Position numbers and translations under genes: made by a program | Source of the DNA: Mytilus edulis | Taxonomy: Eukaryota | Length of the DNA stretch: 64,000 nt | Direction: 5' to 3' | Assembly: GCF_963676685.1 (NCBI RefSeq) | Contig: NC_092355.1 | Coordinates: 16,802,001-16,866,000 of the forward strand | The notes under the pieces: generated by a model | Databases searched by the model: none | The model's input: the letters and a program-made list of their open reading frames with translations, nothing else | What the model was told of the DNA's origin: nothing | Part shown: positions 12,691 to 25,987 of the stretch, one piece after another | Position numbering within the stretch: the stretch's first letter is position 1 | Layout: each line of letters opens with the position of its first letter

Positions 12691-14466
12691 TGAGATATAT
12701 GTGATTTAGATACAAGTTTTGATAAATTTTTACTTATAAAATTACAAACAGATAACCTACAAAGCGAATATTATGATGTGTCAACAGCTTTTAAACTCAA
12801 ACATTACATATAAAATATTCACAGAGGGAATTGGTGTCCCAATTGCAAAAGTAACTTTTTTCTTTTTGTTATAATTTGTCAATTTTCTTTTCCATTTTAA
12901 AGACACAGTTGTTCATAACCGTGTGCGTTAAAGGGGATGAAGTGGCCCACATCTTTATTATTATAACTATTCGAGTCTGATTCTGATTCGATTTTTTTCA
13001 CTATGCAAGTTATGCATGTTATGATTTCTGTTCATTTTTACATTACAAAACATTGAAATAGATGTTATGTAACCATTGTCGTGATATTGTGATCTTGTCG
13101 TTGAAGTTAATGTTCCTATGTTTCCTAGAAACTTGAGTAATTCTTCAATATTTTTGCTCTAACAATGTTTCCTTTTTATAATACATTTTATTTCTAATTT
13201 TGACCCTCATTTGGTGCAAACAATGACAAATTGCAACATTCTATTCCATGCACAATAAATTGAAAGAAGTGTAAAGAAATGTACGTCTTTCTTAAAAAAC
13301 CGAAAACTATATAGCATTTTGTTTTAAAATACTGTAAATCACAGCAAATTATCGTCAACCCTCTACCTACCCCCAATTACCCCAACCCACCAACAAAAGC
13401 AAACGTGACAAATAACAACATAAAGCAAACAAAAAAGACATATATATGTCGACATTATAGAAAAGAAATAATATCATATGTGGTATTCATTCATGACACA
13501 ACATCAGTTTGTTGCACAACATTCTTAAGAAACAACGCTTTTATTGCTGCTATTCATCTCAAACTCACAGTGAGGCCTGCAAAAAGTAAGTCGTCTACGA
13601 TACATAAGAGGTTTCCTTTTTACAGAACACCCTGCTCCTAATTGCGCCGAGTCTTAAATTTATTCAATGATAGTAAACAAAACTATTATAACGTTGACCT
13701 CAATACCATCATTTTTAAATGAAGACATTGATACATTAAGAAAAAGACCATCTCTGAGGGTATACCGAGATGGGACAGGCACATGTACCCTTTTTGTTTT
13801 AAATTGTCAACGGAAATTCAAAGACGGGTTTTGGTTTGACTTTACATTTAATAAAAGTAAAATGCACACCCTATCATGTATTCGCGACAAATGATATACC
13901 ATTCGCTATCAATTTTACACTATTTAAGGAAGACAAAAACCGATTTGACACGTACTTGATGATGCATTTATGAAGTCGATGTTGTTTTAAATCACAGCTT
14001 TTACAAATAGTAGAATTGATAAGTTTCATATACTTTGGATTTTGTCAGCAACCTGATTATATATTTCATCTAATTATCATATGACATTATTTATAATTAA
14101 GCTTAAACAGTGTCTTCAGTATATACACCGCTTATAGTAATGTACAAGTGAACAATAGGCTTGACAACAGATACAAACATTGTTATTTTAATTTACGTCA
14201 TCTAAAGCTATACGATTAGAAAAAAAAATTCAAATTTCGAAATTCCGGAACTACTTTCGGCACAGATAAAGAAGAAATGATGAGGCTATGCGGTGATAAA
14301 GACCTAACCTTATGTTAAATTTCCGGCTATATTGGGTTCATGTATACAGCTAGAAAATACAGGTGTTACGGAATTTTTGTTTTACTATGTTTCTTTTTAA
14401 AATATAGATTAATTATTATATAAACCCTTAGATAAGAGATGTACTGAATTTGAATTTAGATTAACC

Positions 14467-17400
14467 ATGGCGACGAATGACCACCTGTTAGTAGCTGCAT
14501 TGGATTTCGGAACAACTTATTCTGGATATGCCTTTTCCATGCGACATGAATTCAAAACTGATCCAATGAAAATTCATGCTAACCAGGCTTGGAATTCCGG
14601 CGGGAGAGCATTGTTATCATTAAAAACTCCTACATGTTTGCTTCTGAATGATAAGAAGCAATTAATAGCTTTTGGTTACGATGCAGAAAACCAATATGCA
14701 GATATTGTAATGGATGAAAAACAAGACGAATATTTCTACTTTCATCGATTTAAAATGAATCTTCATAACAACAAGGTATTACATACATACTACGTTATCA
14801 TAAGGCTATATACATTAAAATGAATAAGGAAATTTGGTAAATTTTAGACCAAGTAGAAACATGTCACCTCGTCAAACTATCGTATATTATCGCGCCTAGT
14901 AATGCACCATCACGAGATCTCATTTTTGCAACAAAAGTATTAATGGTACTAAAAGTATACACGAATGTTCTAGCAAACAATGTTTTGAAATTGCCTCGGC
15001 TTTCAGTGAGATAACATTATCAATTCATATAATCGGAATGCATATTTATCATTTTATAATTGTTGTTTATTAAACTTTAATCTTTGCAAGCTTTGTCTTA
15101 TATTTTTGACATTGGATAATAGCACAAATGCCTTGGATAATTTGCCAGTAAACTCATGTATAAAAAATATCTATTTTTCAAGTTGTATTATAATACTTTA
15201 TATTTTTTTCTAGACTTCATTGTAAAGGTTTTAATGCCCTTGTTAAGACAGCCTTTTACATCAATAATTTTAAGAATGATAAATATACAAAGTGCCTAGA
15301 AATTAATCTAACAATATTTCTCTAAATTTAATTCTTTACTTCATCCCCGTCCTGGGCTCGGACCTGTTATGTTCACCATTTTGTTCTATGAAAACACTGG
15401 ACAGCATTACGAAGACGCCTTATAACTTCTTCAGCTCTTGGTGTTAGGGTCGTATACTTTTAATATTCAAATATATTTTTATATTTTTACGATAAGAAAG
15501 AAGAGATTAGGACCGGGATACCTTTATCAATGTTATAACATAACCGACTGATAAACAATGAACCCATTTGGTAAGTTCTGTTTGGTTAAGTTTGGTAAGG
15601 TCAACGGCGATGAATGGCGAACATTTTAACTTGTACTGGATAAAGGGTTTGTTGAGTTGATATTTCTCATTGAAGTATGCCGTCCTGGTGGATTCAGCAA
15701 TGTATAGAACATGCGAAATCAGTAATACGATGCACAATGCATACTTTGGCTAACATATTTTGTTTTAAGTGAAACCTGCTAAAACATTTACTAAAACGAA
15801 AATAATATCTTATATTTTTAATGCGAAACATGTTGTTGTTTTAGAATATTTCGTCTGAAATGTTCTTGGAGGACATCTTAGGCAAGCCTGTGAGTGCAGT
15901 TGATGTGTTTAGCCTTTCCATTAAGGCACTGGTAGATCATTTCATGGACAGTGTAAAAAACAGGGAACCGGTGTGAAAATACAGGAAATACAATGGGTTT
16001 TAACAATACCAGCAATATGGACAGATGCTGCCAAACAGTTTATGAGGGAATGTGCTGAAAAGGTAATACGCTTTTGTTATATACATTGAAAAATTGACCA
16101 TGCATTAGGAAGCCTAATTACTGTTTGGTATAAGAGACTTCACTATGATATTCAATCCATATAATTTATTTTCTGAATAAAATATATTTAAATTGAGCGT
16201 GGAAGACAATCTTTCAGTTTAGTATTTATCAAAACGACATAGATATTATAAAATAAGCAATAATGTGTACGCAATTGAAGTTCCACTCATGAGACATAAA
16301 TGTCTCGTTCATCCAGAAAATATTTCTAACACTATTTTATCAGGTACTATTGACTAGATTGACCTCAGATTTAGTCTAAAGTTTGGTATTGATTACTTGT
16401 ATATTGTGTACTCATTTTGTATCTTTTTGGTGTTCAATAGTTTTCAAATGTACAAGGATTATAATTCAATACGCCAGACGCGAGTTTTGTCTACACAAGA
16501 CTCATCAGTGACGCTCAGATCAAAATAGTTATAAATCCAAACAAGTTCAAAGTTGCAGAGCTTTGAGGACACAAAATTCCAAAAGGTTGTACCAAAAACG
16601 GCTAAGGTAATCTATTCAATCGATTCTTATACGTTGTTTTTTCTCGAAATTTTCAATTAACTTATTTTTCGTGATTCATTTTTAAGTAATATTAAGCATT
16701 GAGGATCTAAAAAGTTGTGTCAAGTACGGCTAAGTTGACAAGTGTTTTTGATAATTTAAACCTTTATATGCTATATGTTGTTACTATGCTGCTATTGTCT
16801 TAATTCTGAAAATAGACTGCAATTTCAAATAGTTTTTGTTGACTTTTTGAGCTTCAAATATATCGCTTGAAATAATTTGGAAAATTGTATAAAGGCATAC
16901 GAATGTATAAAGTCAAAGCCAAAATTGACCTTAATTTGTTATTTGTTTGTCCAGCAATTTCCCATGTAAAATACATCTCCCAACAATATCTTTGCATAGA
17001 CAATAATGTGGATACATATTATCAAGGACAATTTTCTTTAAATTAAACTGATCTTTTCAGGCTAGCATTCCACCAGAAAAACTGCTGCTTGCTCTTGAAC
17101 CAGAAACCGCTAGTATATTCTGCCAGTATCTGCCGACTGAAAAATTACACGGAGCAGACCAGACTTTTGCAATGTCAGCTGAGGGGACTCGATACATGGT
17201 TGCCGACATAGGAGGTATATTTAAGTTTAAGTTATACTTGGTTTCTGTTTTACCCAAATGTATTCATTGTGCGCGTCTTTTTTTCAATTCAAGTTTGAAA
17301 TTTAATTATATCAAACAATTTTTTTTTAAATAGCTTAACTCTTAAAATGTGAAACAGTGGCTGTCTGGATAACTCGAATTTGATGGCAAATATTTGGTAG

Positions 17401-18719
17401 CCTATTTTATAACTTGCCATCAAACATTTGTCAAACGGAATGGTCTTTAAGTTTATGTATATGGCGTTGACACATTTGTGTATGTACATTAAGTTAATCA
17501 ATGAACGACAGTCGCATAGTATAACTGGTATCATTGAAGTCGTTGCACCTTCTAATTAGAAGTATTGAAATTCCATTTTTCCCATCTTTATATATTATAC
17601 AATGTACTTAATTGATAGTTTCTGGTATTATTTCAGCAACAAAACATCTTTTACTGTCTTTTATAGGCGGTACAGCTGATATAACTGTTCATGAAAAAAC
17701 AAAAGATGGACGTCTAAAAGAGCTCCACAGAGCTTCAGGGAATGATTGTGGGGGTACCTCAGTTGATGGCAGGTTCTTCCAGATGCTGGTGAAGATACTA
17801 GGTGGACCAGTGATGAAAAAGATTAAAGATGAAGATCCAGCTGCTTACCTTGACCTTTTCCGAGAATTTGATGCTGTTAAAAGGACAATTGTAACAGGAA
17901 AAGAGGGAAAAGTAAATATTACTATTCCCTATGCGTCCCTTGATGCTAATTGTAGAGAAATGTTGGGAGAGGATTTAAAAGCTGTGATTGCGTCATCTCC
18001 ATACGGAAATGAAATTTCACTACGTGGAGATAAAATGAGAATTGATGCACATCTAATGATCAATTTGTTTAAACCAACAGTTGACAACATAATTTCTCTT
18101 ATGTTCGAAATTCTCAAAGACAAAAAGGTACAAAATGTAACTCAAATTTTGCTAGTAGGAGGTTTCTCTGAATGTCGACTTATTCAAGATGCTGTTATCA
18201 AGAAATTCTGGGACAAAAAAATTATCATTCCAGAAGAAGCTGGACTTTCTGTACTAAAAGGTGCTGTTTTGTTTGGTCATAGGCCAGACTATATCCAGTC
18301 CCGTGTTCTGCGATTCACATATGGTGTTGAAATAGTAAATGCATTTAATCCGATTACACGATGTCAAATATCTGATGGAAATCGAAGGAGAAGATAAATG
18401 TGACAAAATCTTTTCAAAATTTGTTTCGAAAAACGAGGCTGTTGAAGCAGGGAAGAGAGTAAGTGGTGCATTTTATACGGTGAACAAGATGCAATCAGCT
18501 ATCACCTTTCCAGTTTATATTTCCACAAACGAAGATCCAATGTACACAGATGACGAAAGCTGTACACAACTCTGCAAAATTAGGTTAAAACTTCCTGATC
18601 CAACTGAAGAAGTAAGAACCGTTGATGTTGAATTTGTGTTCGGAAATACCGAAATAAGTGTAAGTGCTAAGGATCGCAATTCTGGAAAAGAAATTAAAAC
18701 AAAACTCAATCTTATATAA
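14467..18719 (+). CDS. HSPA12A: Heat shock 70 kDa protein 12A/12B-like (HSP70-12 family), 4 coding exons, two frameshifts (pseudogene or assembly error)
   Basis: Exons 14467-14775, 15845-16062, 17061-17214 and 17667-18719, all GT-AG. Motifs VAALDFGTTYSGYAFS, KTPT, WVLTIPAIW…AKQFMRECA, LALEPETAS, VADIGGGTADIT, GGTSVD, LLVGGFSEC, VLKGAVLFG. Exon 2 is 218 nt, one A short at 15955-15960; a second shift occurs at ~18352. Confidence 0.92.
16465..16620 (-). repeat. pLTR-type repeat containing a degenerate type I hammerhead ribozyme (16471-16516)
   Basis: Minus strand reads GCGTCA-CTGATGA-GTCT tgtgt AGAC-AAAA-CTCGC-GTC-TGGCGT: stem I, core CUGAUGA, stem II, GAAA mutated to AAAA, GUC cleavage triplet. 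Confidence 0.75.
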
Positions 18720-21470
18720 CTGTATTGCTATTAGGTGTGTTCTGACTAAGTTGAAAACTTATTTTTAGATTTAATTTGACATTCTTTTAGCATTTTACTA
18801 ATCGTTTTATAGAGGTAATTTATGTATTTCATGTATTCGGTACCAGATATCATCAATCAATTTGATAAAGTGGAACCAGAGACATATACATAAAGAAAGT
18901 TTCTTTAGGCTTGAACCTTATTTTTTTCTCTATATTAGACTGGTTTCTGCACTTGTTTTGTAATGATTGTATTTTTCTAATTTGTATGATTTAAATATCA
19001 CGTCTGAATTTGTCACGGTTGAAACAGCGTTGACAGAATAATGTTTTGCAAAGTTATATTGGGTTTGCTTATACATCTCTTTTTTTAAAATTTTTTATCT
19101 CATTTCTCTATTTAAAAAAGTAGAACTTATTAGTTGCATCTTTTCACTTTTACTATTTTTTACCATTGCGGGTGATATTCGAGGTTTGCGCGCAAGATAG
19201 TCAACATAAAAATCCATTGTATTTGTTCACACGCATGCACATGGCGCAACCGATTTGCCTTTTCTTCATCTACACGACAAAACATGATATAATATTTGCT
19301 GAATGGAGTTTCAGTAATCAAGGAAATTATGTCTTGCACAATTATTTATTAAAATGCATGGTTTAAAAAAAAACATATGCATAATATGGCTCTTCAACTG
19401 TTTCGAATCTTTTTTTTTCTTTTTCTCTCTAATTGATTCTTTATTGCACATATTGCTATTTAACAATTAAACTTGGTGTACAGCATTTCAACAAGTTTTC
19501 CTGTTTAATTACCCAGTGACGGATCCAGAACTTTCGAATCTTATACATCCTTGACTTTCAAATATGTGGTTTTAAGCGTTTCAGGTGAAGGCAAATCTAT
19601 AAAAATGTAATAATACGAAAATGAATTATTTAACGAATTTGTCCAGCAAAGGATTTGACTTCCACGACTTTTTAGGAAGCCTTTGTGTTAGAGAATAACC
19701 TTTAAGGTCATGACGGTATAATACCATTTAATAGAAAAACAATGCGTTCACATTCAATATATTACCAGATAAGATCCCCTAGACCCGCTCTAGATTCTAG
19801 CATTCATAATTGCAATTAATATTATAAATATATAGATACTTATTGTAGGATCCTGGTGGTTTTTGATTACAAAATAGTTTTGCATTTAAAAATGAAATAA
19901 GGTCTTGAAATCTCAAGGCTAGTCAATAATTTGGTCATATATATTGTAATGTTAATTTTTCAGCCGTTTGAGATAATTTCCAAAAGAGAGTTTGAGAGTA
20001 ACCTCCTATAACTTTTAGATAAAACTAAGCAGTGACGTGTAAAATGCACATGTAAACAACAGTTTAAATGATAATTTATGTCAGAACATATTAACGGCTT
20101 TCCATTAAGTATACTCACAATTCTTTTTTCAATACACGCCTGCAAGAATTAAGTTCAAAATGGTGACCAATAGTTTCTCAAATTTACGTCAGGTGGTTTC
20201 TGGTGGATATACTGTAGCATGTTAATCTATTGTAATAAAAAATCATGATATCTAATAAAGTTTGTAGATTTAGCTAACAAAGTCCTTATATTTGTATAAA
20301 GTAACATTCGTTTATAGTGGAAATTCATTTTAACGTTAAATAAGCTACAATTAAAAAAATTGCTTACTAGTCACTCTCTGTGATTAATACTAGGTAACTC
20401 TGGTTAATTTCCCAACCAATCTACCATGAAGGGGAGATAAATACTTCGGATTTTATTCATAGTCTTTTTCAAAAAAGATGAACGGTTCTTTATATTGGTA
20501 TGTAATAGTTTAAAAAACGTTTCAAATTTATGAAATTATATTCGCACATCAATGTCTTTGATACAACAATAACAAAAACTGAAATATATTGAATTTGTAC
20601 AGGTTGTAATTATTCAAAATTAAATCAGAAACCTATACTTAATCATATTAAAATAATTAACCTGTTGAAGGGAGACAATACTCCAATAACATTTTCGAAT
20701 CGGCACATAATACAAAGGAATGTCACTCGTGCATACAAATGGTACATCAATATAATTAATTAACTATGCATTCGTGTTCCACCTTCAATGAAGATTCTAA
20801 ATTATAAATAAAACTAAAAGTTGTTACTCTATAGGATAGTGAAGACTAATGAAAGCTAACCCACTGTAAAAATATGTCTTTGAAATGTTTTTAAACTTAC
20901 TCAGAAAAATGCTCGAGCCACTTGACTTTCATCGCTCATAACTAACGTTTTACACAATATTTTGAAAAAGTAGTTAAAGATTATCTGCTTCTCAAAGTGT
21001 ACGATGCAATATAAATCGTATGCTTGCATCATCTTACAACTTCATTTTAAACTTTTTTGGATTCGAGCGTCACTGATGAATTTCGACATGTGTTTGTTTA
21101 TTTTTTTTATCAATACCGGTTTTAAACAAATCACAAATACATGTTAAGATCCGACTAAATACCTTTATCCCGAAATCGTCAGGTAAATATGCTATATATA
21201 GTCGTCTCATTGGTAATCAAATGACATCTACTTAAATTATATTTATTGCCGTTGTACTTTTCTTCTATATGATAAATGGTAATCCTTATCATGCAATTTT
21301 GTGACTTTTTAATTAGTGAATTAATTAATGTACATGTAGTTCTGTAATGAAGTTCAAATACTAGTTGAATGATATTTTTTTCTTCTTCAAAATTAAGTAG
21401 TTCATATAATTGTTTTGTGCATGTACACAATGTATTTATGCATAACAACTAAATCATATGTAATGCTTTG

Positions 21471-22538
21471 TTATTTTTTCTTTCTTTTTGACCATTGTAC
21501 ATCCCATGGCCATTGATTTTGGTTTGTTAAAGAAACGCCCGTTGGTAATATAGGTTGAAATCCATGTTCATTCATAAAATCTAATATAAACTTTCCCGAA
21601 TCTCTACTCTTATGTGTATGAAATTCCATCATCACGAAATGCACATTTACAGATCTAAAGAAATTTTCGGCTCCTTTTAAAACAGTATGCTCACTTCCCT
21701 CCACGTCCAGTTTAAGTACGGCCGATTTTATATCAATCACTTCTAACAAATCATCCAGTCTTATTGCTTGAATAGTTTCAAGGGCGCCAATGACAGTTTC
21801 ACTGTTATTCACGTTCCAAGAGCTCTTTTGCACAATAGTGTTGCCACCTATATTTGATGGAGAAGACTCGCGAACCACAACCGTCTCTTTCCTATCTGAT
21901 AACGCATTATGAATGATATACATATTTTTTGACAGGTTTCCTAATTTTGCGGAGGCACAAAGTCGTTCTATGTTATCTTTAAAACAGTCAATTGCTATCA
22001 CTTTATATCCTAACGAAGCTAAAGTTAGGGAATACACGCCAACGTGGGCGCCAATATCTATAAAAATTGCATCTGGATTCTGACTCATTGCTTCTACTGA
22101 TTTAAGTAAGTTGTTATCCTCCCACGATCCTCCATTTAGAAGAACACGTGATATATGAATGTCATTGTCCGGTGGATGTAAATATATAGGGGTTTTCTTT
22201 TTATGTTTTTTGTGCCGAAGATGTCCTAAAACAAAGTTTTTCTTCCTCATACATGCGCTGTCGTTGGTGAATGTCCATAACGAATTGTTGTACGAAAAAA
22301 TACCATTACTTCTTTCAAAAATTACAACATTCCTTGTAGTTAGGGGATTTGCCAAAACTGCTTTTTTGTCTTGTTTCATAAAATCAGTGTGAACATCATG
22401 CGGAGAATGAGTTATCATATAATTATTGACGTTCATCCCTGGTATTCCATAGTTTGTTTGAGTACGTCTTGTGCCCGACCAGCACAAGAGACAAATAAAA
22501 CTTAGTACAATTAGTATAATATATACTTTAGCTGACAT
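21471..22538 (-). CDS. FkbM-family (Methyltransf_21) SAM-dependent methyltransferase with N-terminal TM anchor, 355 aa
   Basis: Intact single coding exon from MSAKVYIILIVLSFICLLCW. Motifs D…ISRVLLNGGSWE, FIDIGAHVGVYSL, HNALSD, IRLDDL, LKLDVEGSEHTVLKGA, VMMEF. A splice acceptor (tttcAG) at 22586-22591 indicates an upstream UTR exon. Confidence 0.92.
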   Translation of the reverse strand: MSAKVYIILIVLSFICLLCWSGTRRTQTNYGIPGMNVNNYMITHSPHDVHTDFMKQDKKAVLANPLTTRNVVIFERSNGIFSYNNSLWTFTNDSACMRKKNFVLGHLRHKKHKKKTPIYLHPPDNDIHISRVLLNGGSWEDNNLLKSVEAMSQNPDAIFIDIGAHVGVYSLTLASLGYKVIAIDCFKDNIERLCASAKLGNLSKNMYIIHNALSDRKETVVVRESSPSNIGGNTIVQKSSWNVNNSETVIGALETIQAIRLDDLLEVIDIKSAVLKLDVEGSEHTVLKGAENFFRSVNVHFVMMEFHTHKSRDSGKFILDFMNEHGFQPILPTGVSLTNQNQWPWDVQWSKRKKK

Positions 22539-22879
22539 GTTGTGATAATTTTCAAAGTTTTTTTTCCATTTTTTTTTGTTGATATCTGAAATATAACAAA
22601 AAACGTTTAATTTTTGCAGCGATCGTATATGGTACTCCAATAGTATATGGTAATCCAATTGGCAATTATGTTATTAAATCATCAAAACATAACTAAATAT
22701 GCATTGACATATATACAGTAATGAACACTTATGGTCCTTTATCCCTGCGATACTTATACGTTTGGATAGCACAAGATCATGCTGTGTTACACTATTTATG
22801 ACGTCTTTCATTTGTGTTTTAGTCTTCCAATGAAAATTAAATTTCTGTTAAAATTGGAATTCATTAACGATAAATAACT

Positions 22880-23255
22880 TTAAAAAATGAACGAAAAACA
22901 AATATGTAACACATCAACAAACCACAACCACTGAATTACAGGCTTCTGTCCTGGGACATGCATATATATACAGAGAATTCTCGGGGTTAAACATGTAAGC
23001 GGGACCCCTCCACCTAACCTGGGAAAGTGGTGTAACAGTAAAACATAAGAACGAATTATAAAATTCCGTGGAAAAAGGCTTAACTCATCAGATAGAAAAT
23101 AGAAATGCATACAACAAAAACACGTAATGGACGTGGCCGGGTACTTGTGTGACCGACAACAACAAAAAACAACAAACTACAGATCTGAGAATACTTGCAG
23201 TTACTAACAACTAGTTCAAAGCCACTAACAACTTAAATAACAATCATGCATCTAA
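22880..23255 (-). repeat. Dispersed Penelope-associated 3'/pLTR-like repeat
   Basis: Shares TGTCCCA(A)G…CAG(G/A)AGCCT and AACATGTTTAACCCC cores with 31650-31700, 48590-48680 and 61116-61170. Confidence 0.65.
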
Positions 23256-23538
23256 ATTGTTTGTTTCTATATGATATACTTGGACGTTACGCACGGTTTT
23301 CGGTCTATTTTTCATTTGACCATTTCCTGATGCATCAGTAGGAGAAAAACAAATCAATTCTACTTTATAATTAAATAAAACCTGATTTTAATAAATTTAA
23401 TTTTAAGTATTATTACATAATTAGGCAAAAATTCCGTGTTCAAAATGCCGTTTTTGCCATGTAAGACGTAACAACAATTACTAACCATCCAAATATAAAC
23501 GAAGAAAAAATACCAACTACTGAATGGAATTCGATGAA

Positions 23539-24122
23539 GGAGTAGGTCCGGTAAGGGCCGATTTAGGGCTCAAATTTCAGGTTCATCTAACGAAAGTTTT
23601 TGGACACTGTGTAAACACGTTTACTTAGTGTCTATTTCAATTGATTCGAATAGTTTATGTGAAAGATTTAATCTGATTTATAGTCATTAAATACGCTCTG
23701 ATTCAAGCTTAAATATGAAAAATCTATCAAATATGCCAAAAAACGTCACTTTCCAATGGTTTTTGTCCAAAATGAAAGTGGCCGCATCCGTGTTCATCCT
23801 CACCCTTTATATATGTTTTGTATTATCATCAAATACAACTTACATTTCAATATTATGAATGAACACGAATGCGGCCACTTTCATTTTAGACGGAAACCGT
23901 CTAAAAATTAACCAAAATCCTAAAGTTTTGAAGATTTCAGTAATTTAGCATGACTTTATGATGCTAGTACACGATATTTGTGCATTGTATTAACAAAAAC
24001 AGTTCATATTTATGTAGCAGAAGCATTTTACTTTCCAAAACATAGCTTAAAGATAACATTTTCACAATTTTCTAAACCTCCTATATTTTGGGGCCAAAAA
24101 AGGGTCTTACTGAACCTACCCC
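23539..24122. mobile_element. Non-autonomous TIR DNA transposon (GGAGTAGG ends), copy 1
   Basis: TIRs GGAGTAGGTCCGGTAAG...CTTACTGAACCTACCCC; internal palindromic AAAATGAAAGTGGCCGCAT pair; a full-length inverted copy lies at 40886-41456. Confidence 0.85.
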
Positions 24123-25392
24123 TTTGTACAGGTGGGATATAATATGAACATATTCATGATGTGAAACGGTCACGATAAATATTATGTCAGTTCGCAATTT
24201 TGCGGTCATTTTTGAAATTCCATAGAGCTGTTAGATTCGAAAATTCAAGTATGCAAAAATGAAAGCAACCTATTCGATATCATACTATGTTCACATAAAT
24301 TATAGAAAAGGTTCGCCACCACTACATGAAAACGTGATTTTATTGAATTTTACGAAAATCTTTTTATTCCTAACATAACTTCTCTCATTTTATTTTTTTA
24401 AAGTATTTTCCGCGTCTTCCTTAATGTTACCTTAGAGCCATTGTTCAAGATTTTTTCAGTACCATGATAATTAAGGGTATTTTAAATTTGTGATAGACAA
24501 ATGAAATATAAAACAAATGATACTCCTGAAATGTGATTTGTTTTAAAGATTCGTTTAAGCCTTCAATGTTAAGGAAACACTAAATTTTTCATCAATTTCT
24601 ATCAAGTTGTCCGTGTCTCCCCAAAATGTTACCACGTCCAAATAGAACGGTTTTTTGCACGGAACGACAATGTAACGTAATATATTATAATTTTGTTTTC
24701 CATTGACTGAAAGTTTAGCATTGTGTTTTTAGCACTTGACCAGAGCCCTGGCATTTGTGTAATGATATATTTTTTGGAGATAATTTTTAATAATTTCTTT
24801 TAAAAGGTAATAAATCAACAAGAAAATTTGACTTCCATCAAAGTTTTGTAAACCATGTGCTGATCTTAAAGGCGTCGAAGCTTTTGATGAATAATAAGTT
24901 TTCTATAATATCGAACCTTTCAACTTTGGAACCTAGTAACATGTATGTGTCTGCTAGTACGAATGTTTGTTGTATACAATAACAGTCATTTCCACGCATC
25001 CGACAAGCTGACTCATGTGAAAAATACTTAATATTTGAATTCAAGGACTGTAGATCATTTTTTAATTTTAGATAAAATGAAAAATTCCAAACTGCCGTTT
25101 TCATTCAAAAGTCTGAGGATGAAACTGAAATTATAGACCAAGAAAAGAGAAGATATATAGTAGCTGTTGCTGCCATTGACCCGAACGACTATTATTGTTT
25201 TATTTACAAGTTTCTTGAAAGACACATAAAAGACCCTTAATTATTCTCAAACTGTAGTTAAAAAAATACAGCTGAAGGCGGGTTTATAACATTTATACTC
25301 TAAAAACCCTAAACAGCTTCGGTACTGGCTGTTTCCACGCGATGACTATGCCCAGACGTAGATACTTGGGGTGACGGAATCCTGAGCATTCA

Positions 25393-25987
25393 GGTAGATC
25401 ACAAGTATATATTTTTTGAGACAGAATTTTTTCATAATTTGCCAAAATGAAGATATTATTAATATGCTCTTTTCAAAAATTTAATAAAAAGTATGGGTCA
25501 CCGTGCTATTTTTCAAGCTATGGGTCGTTGAAAATTGCCAAAATTTGGTTAGTTTGTTCATGAAAAAACACATTAGTGTGCATAAAAAAAGTTCTATGAG
25601 ATAGAATTTTGAAATAAATTGTGAGAAGAAAGGTTTCATAATATGTTTTAAGAAAATAAAAAGAAAACATGGTGTGACCGAACTTGTTTTCTTGCTACAA
25701 GTAAAAATAAAAAATTTCCCTATTAGCCCAGTATAAATTTTGTACTAAAAGAGTTATTTCCCCTTAAATGGCTCATTTGAAAAAAATAATTTTTATACCA
25801 AAAAAATGGATATTTGATAAAATATTTTGAATAATACGATTAATTAACAATTTCTCTTCAAATAGAAAAAACAGTCTAACCATTGAATTGCACATCTGTC
25901 TCCAAATCTGCAGATTTAGGCAAATAATTAGACCGATTTTGTACTGCGATTGTGCAATCCAAGATGGCGGTATACCATGAATCTACC
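25393..25987. mobile_element. Kolobok-like MITE (GGTAGAT...ATCTACC, TTAA-type target)
   Basis: Short TIRs flanked by TTCA (left) and TTAA (right). Confidence 0.65.

Noticed and set aside
14230-14262. Heat-shock element upstream of the HSPA12-like gene
   Set aside because: Only one correctly spaced TTCnnGAA unit; no three-unit nGAAn array.
22539-22658. N-terminal 40 aa of the 395-aa ORF call
   Set aside because: It starts at a non-ATG codon and crosses a splice acceptor at 22586; the real start is most likely ATG 22538.
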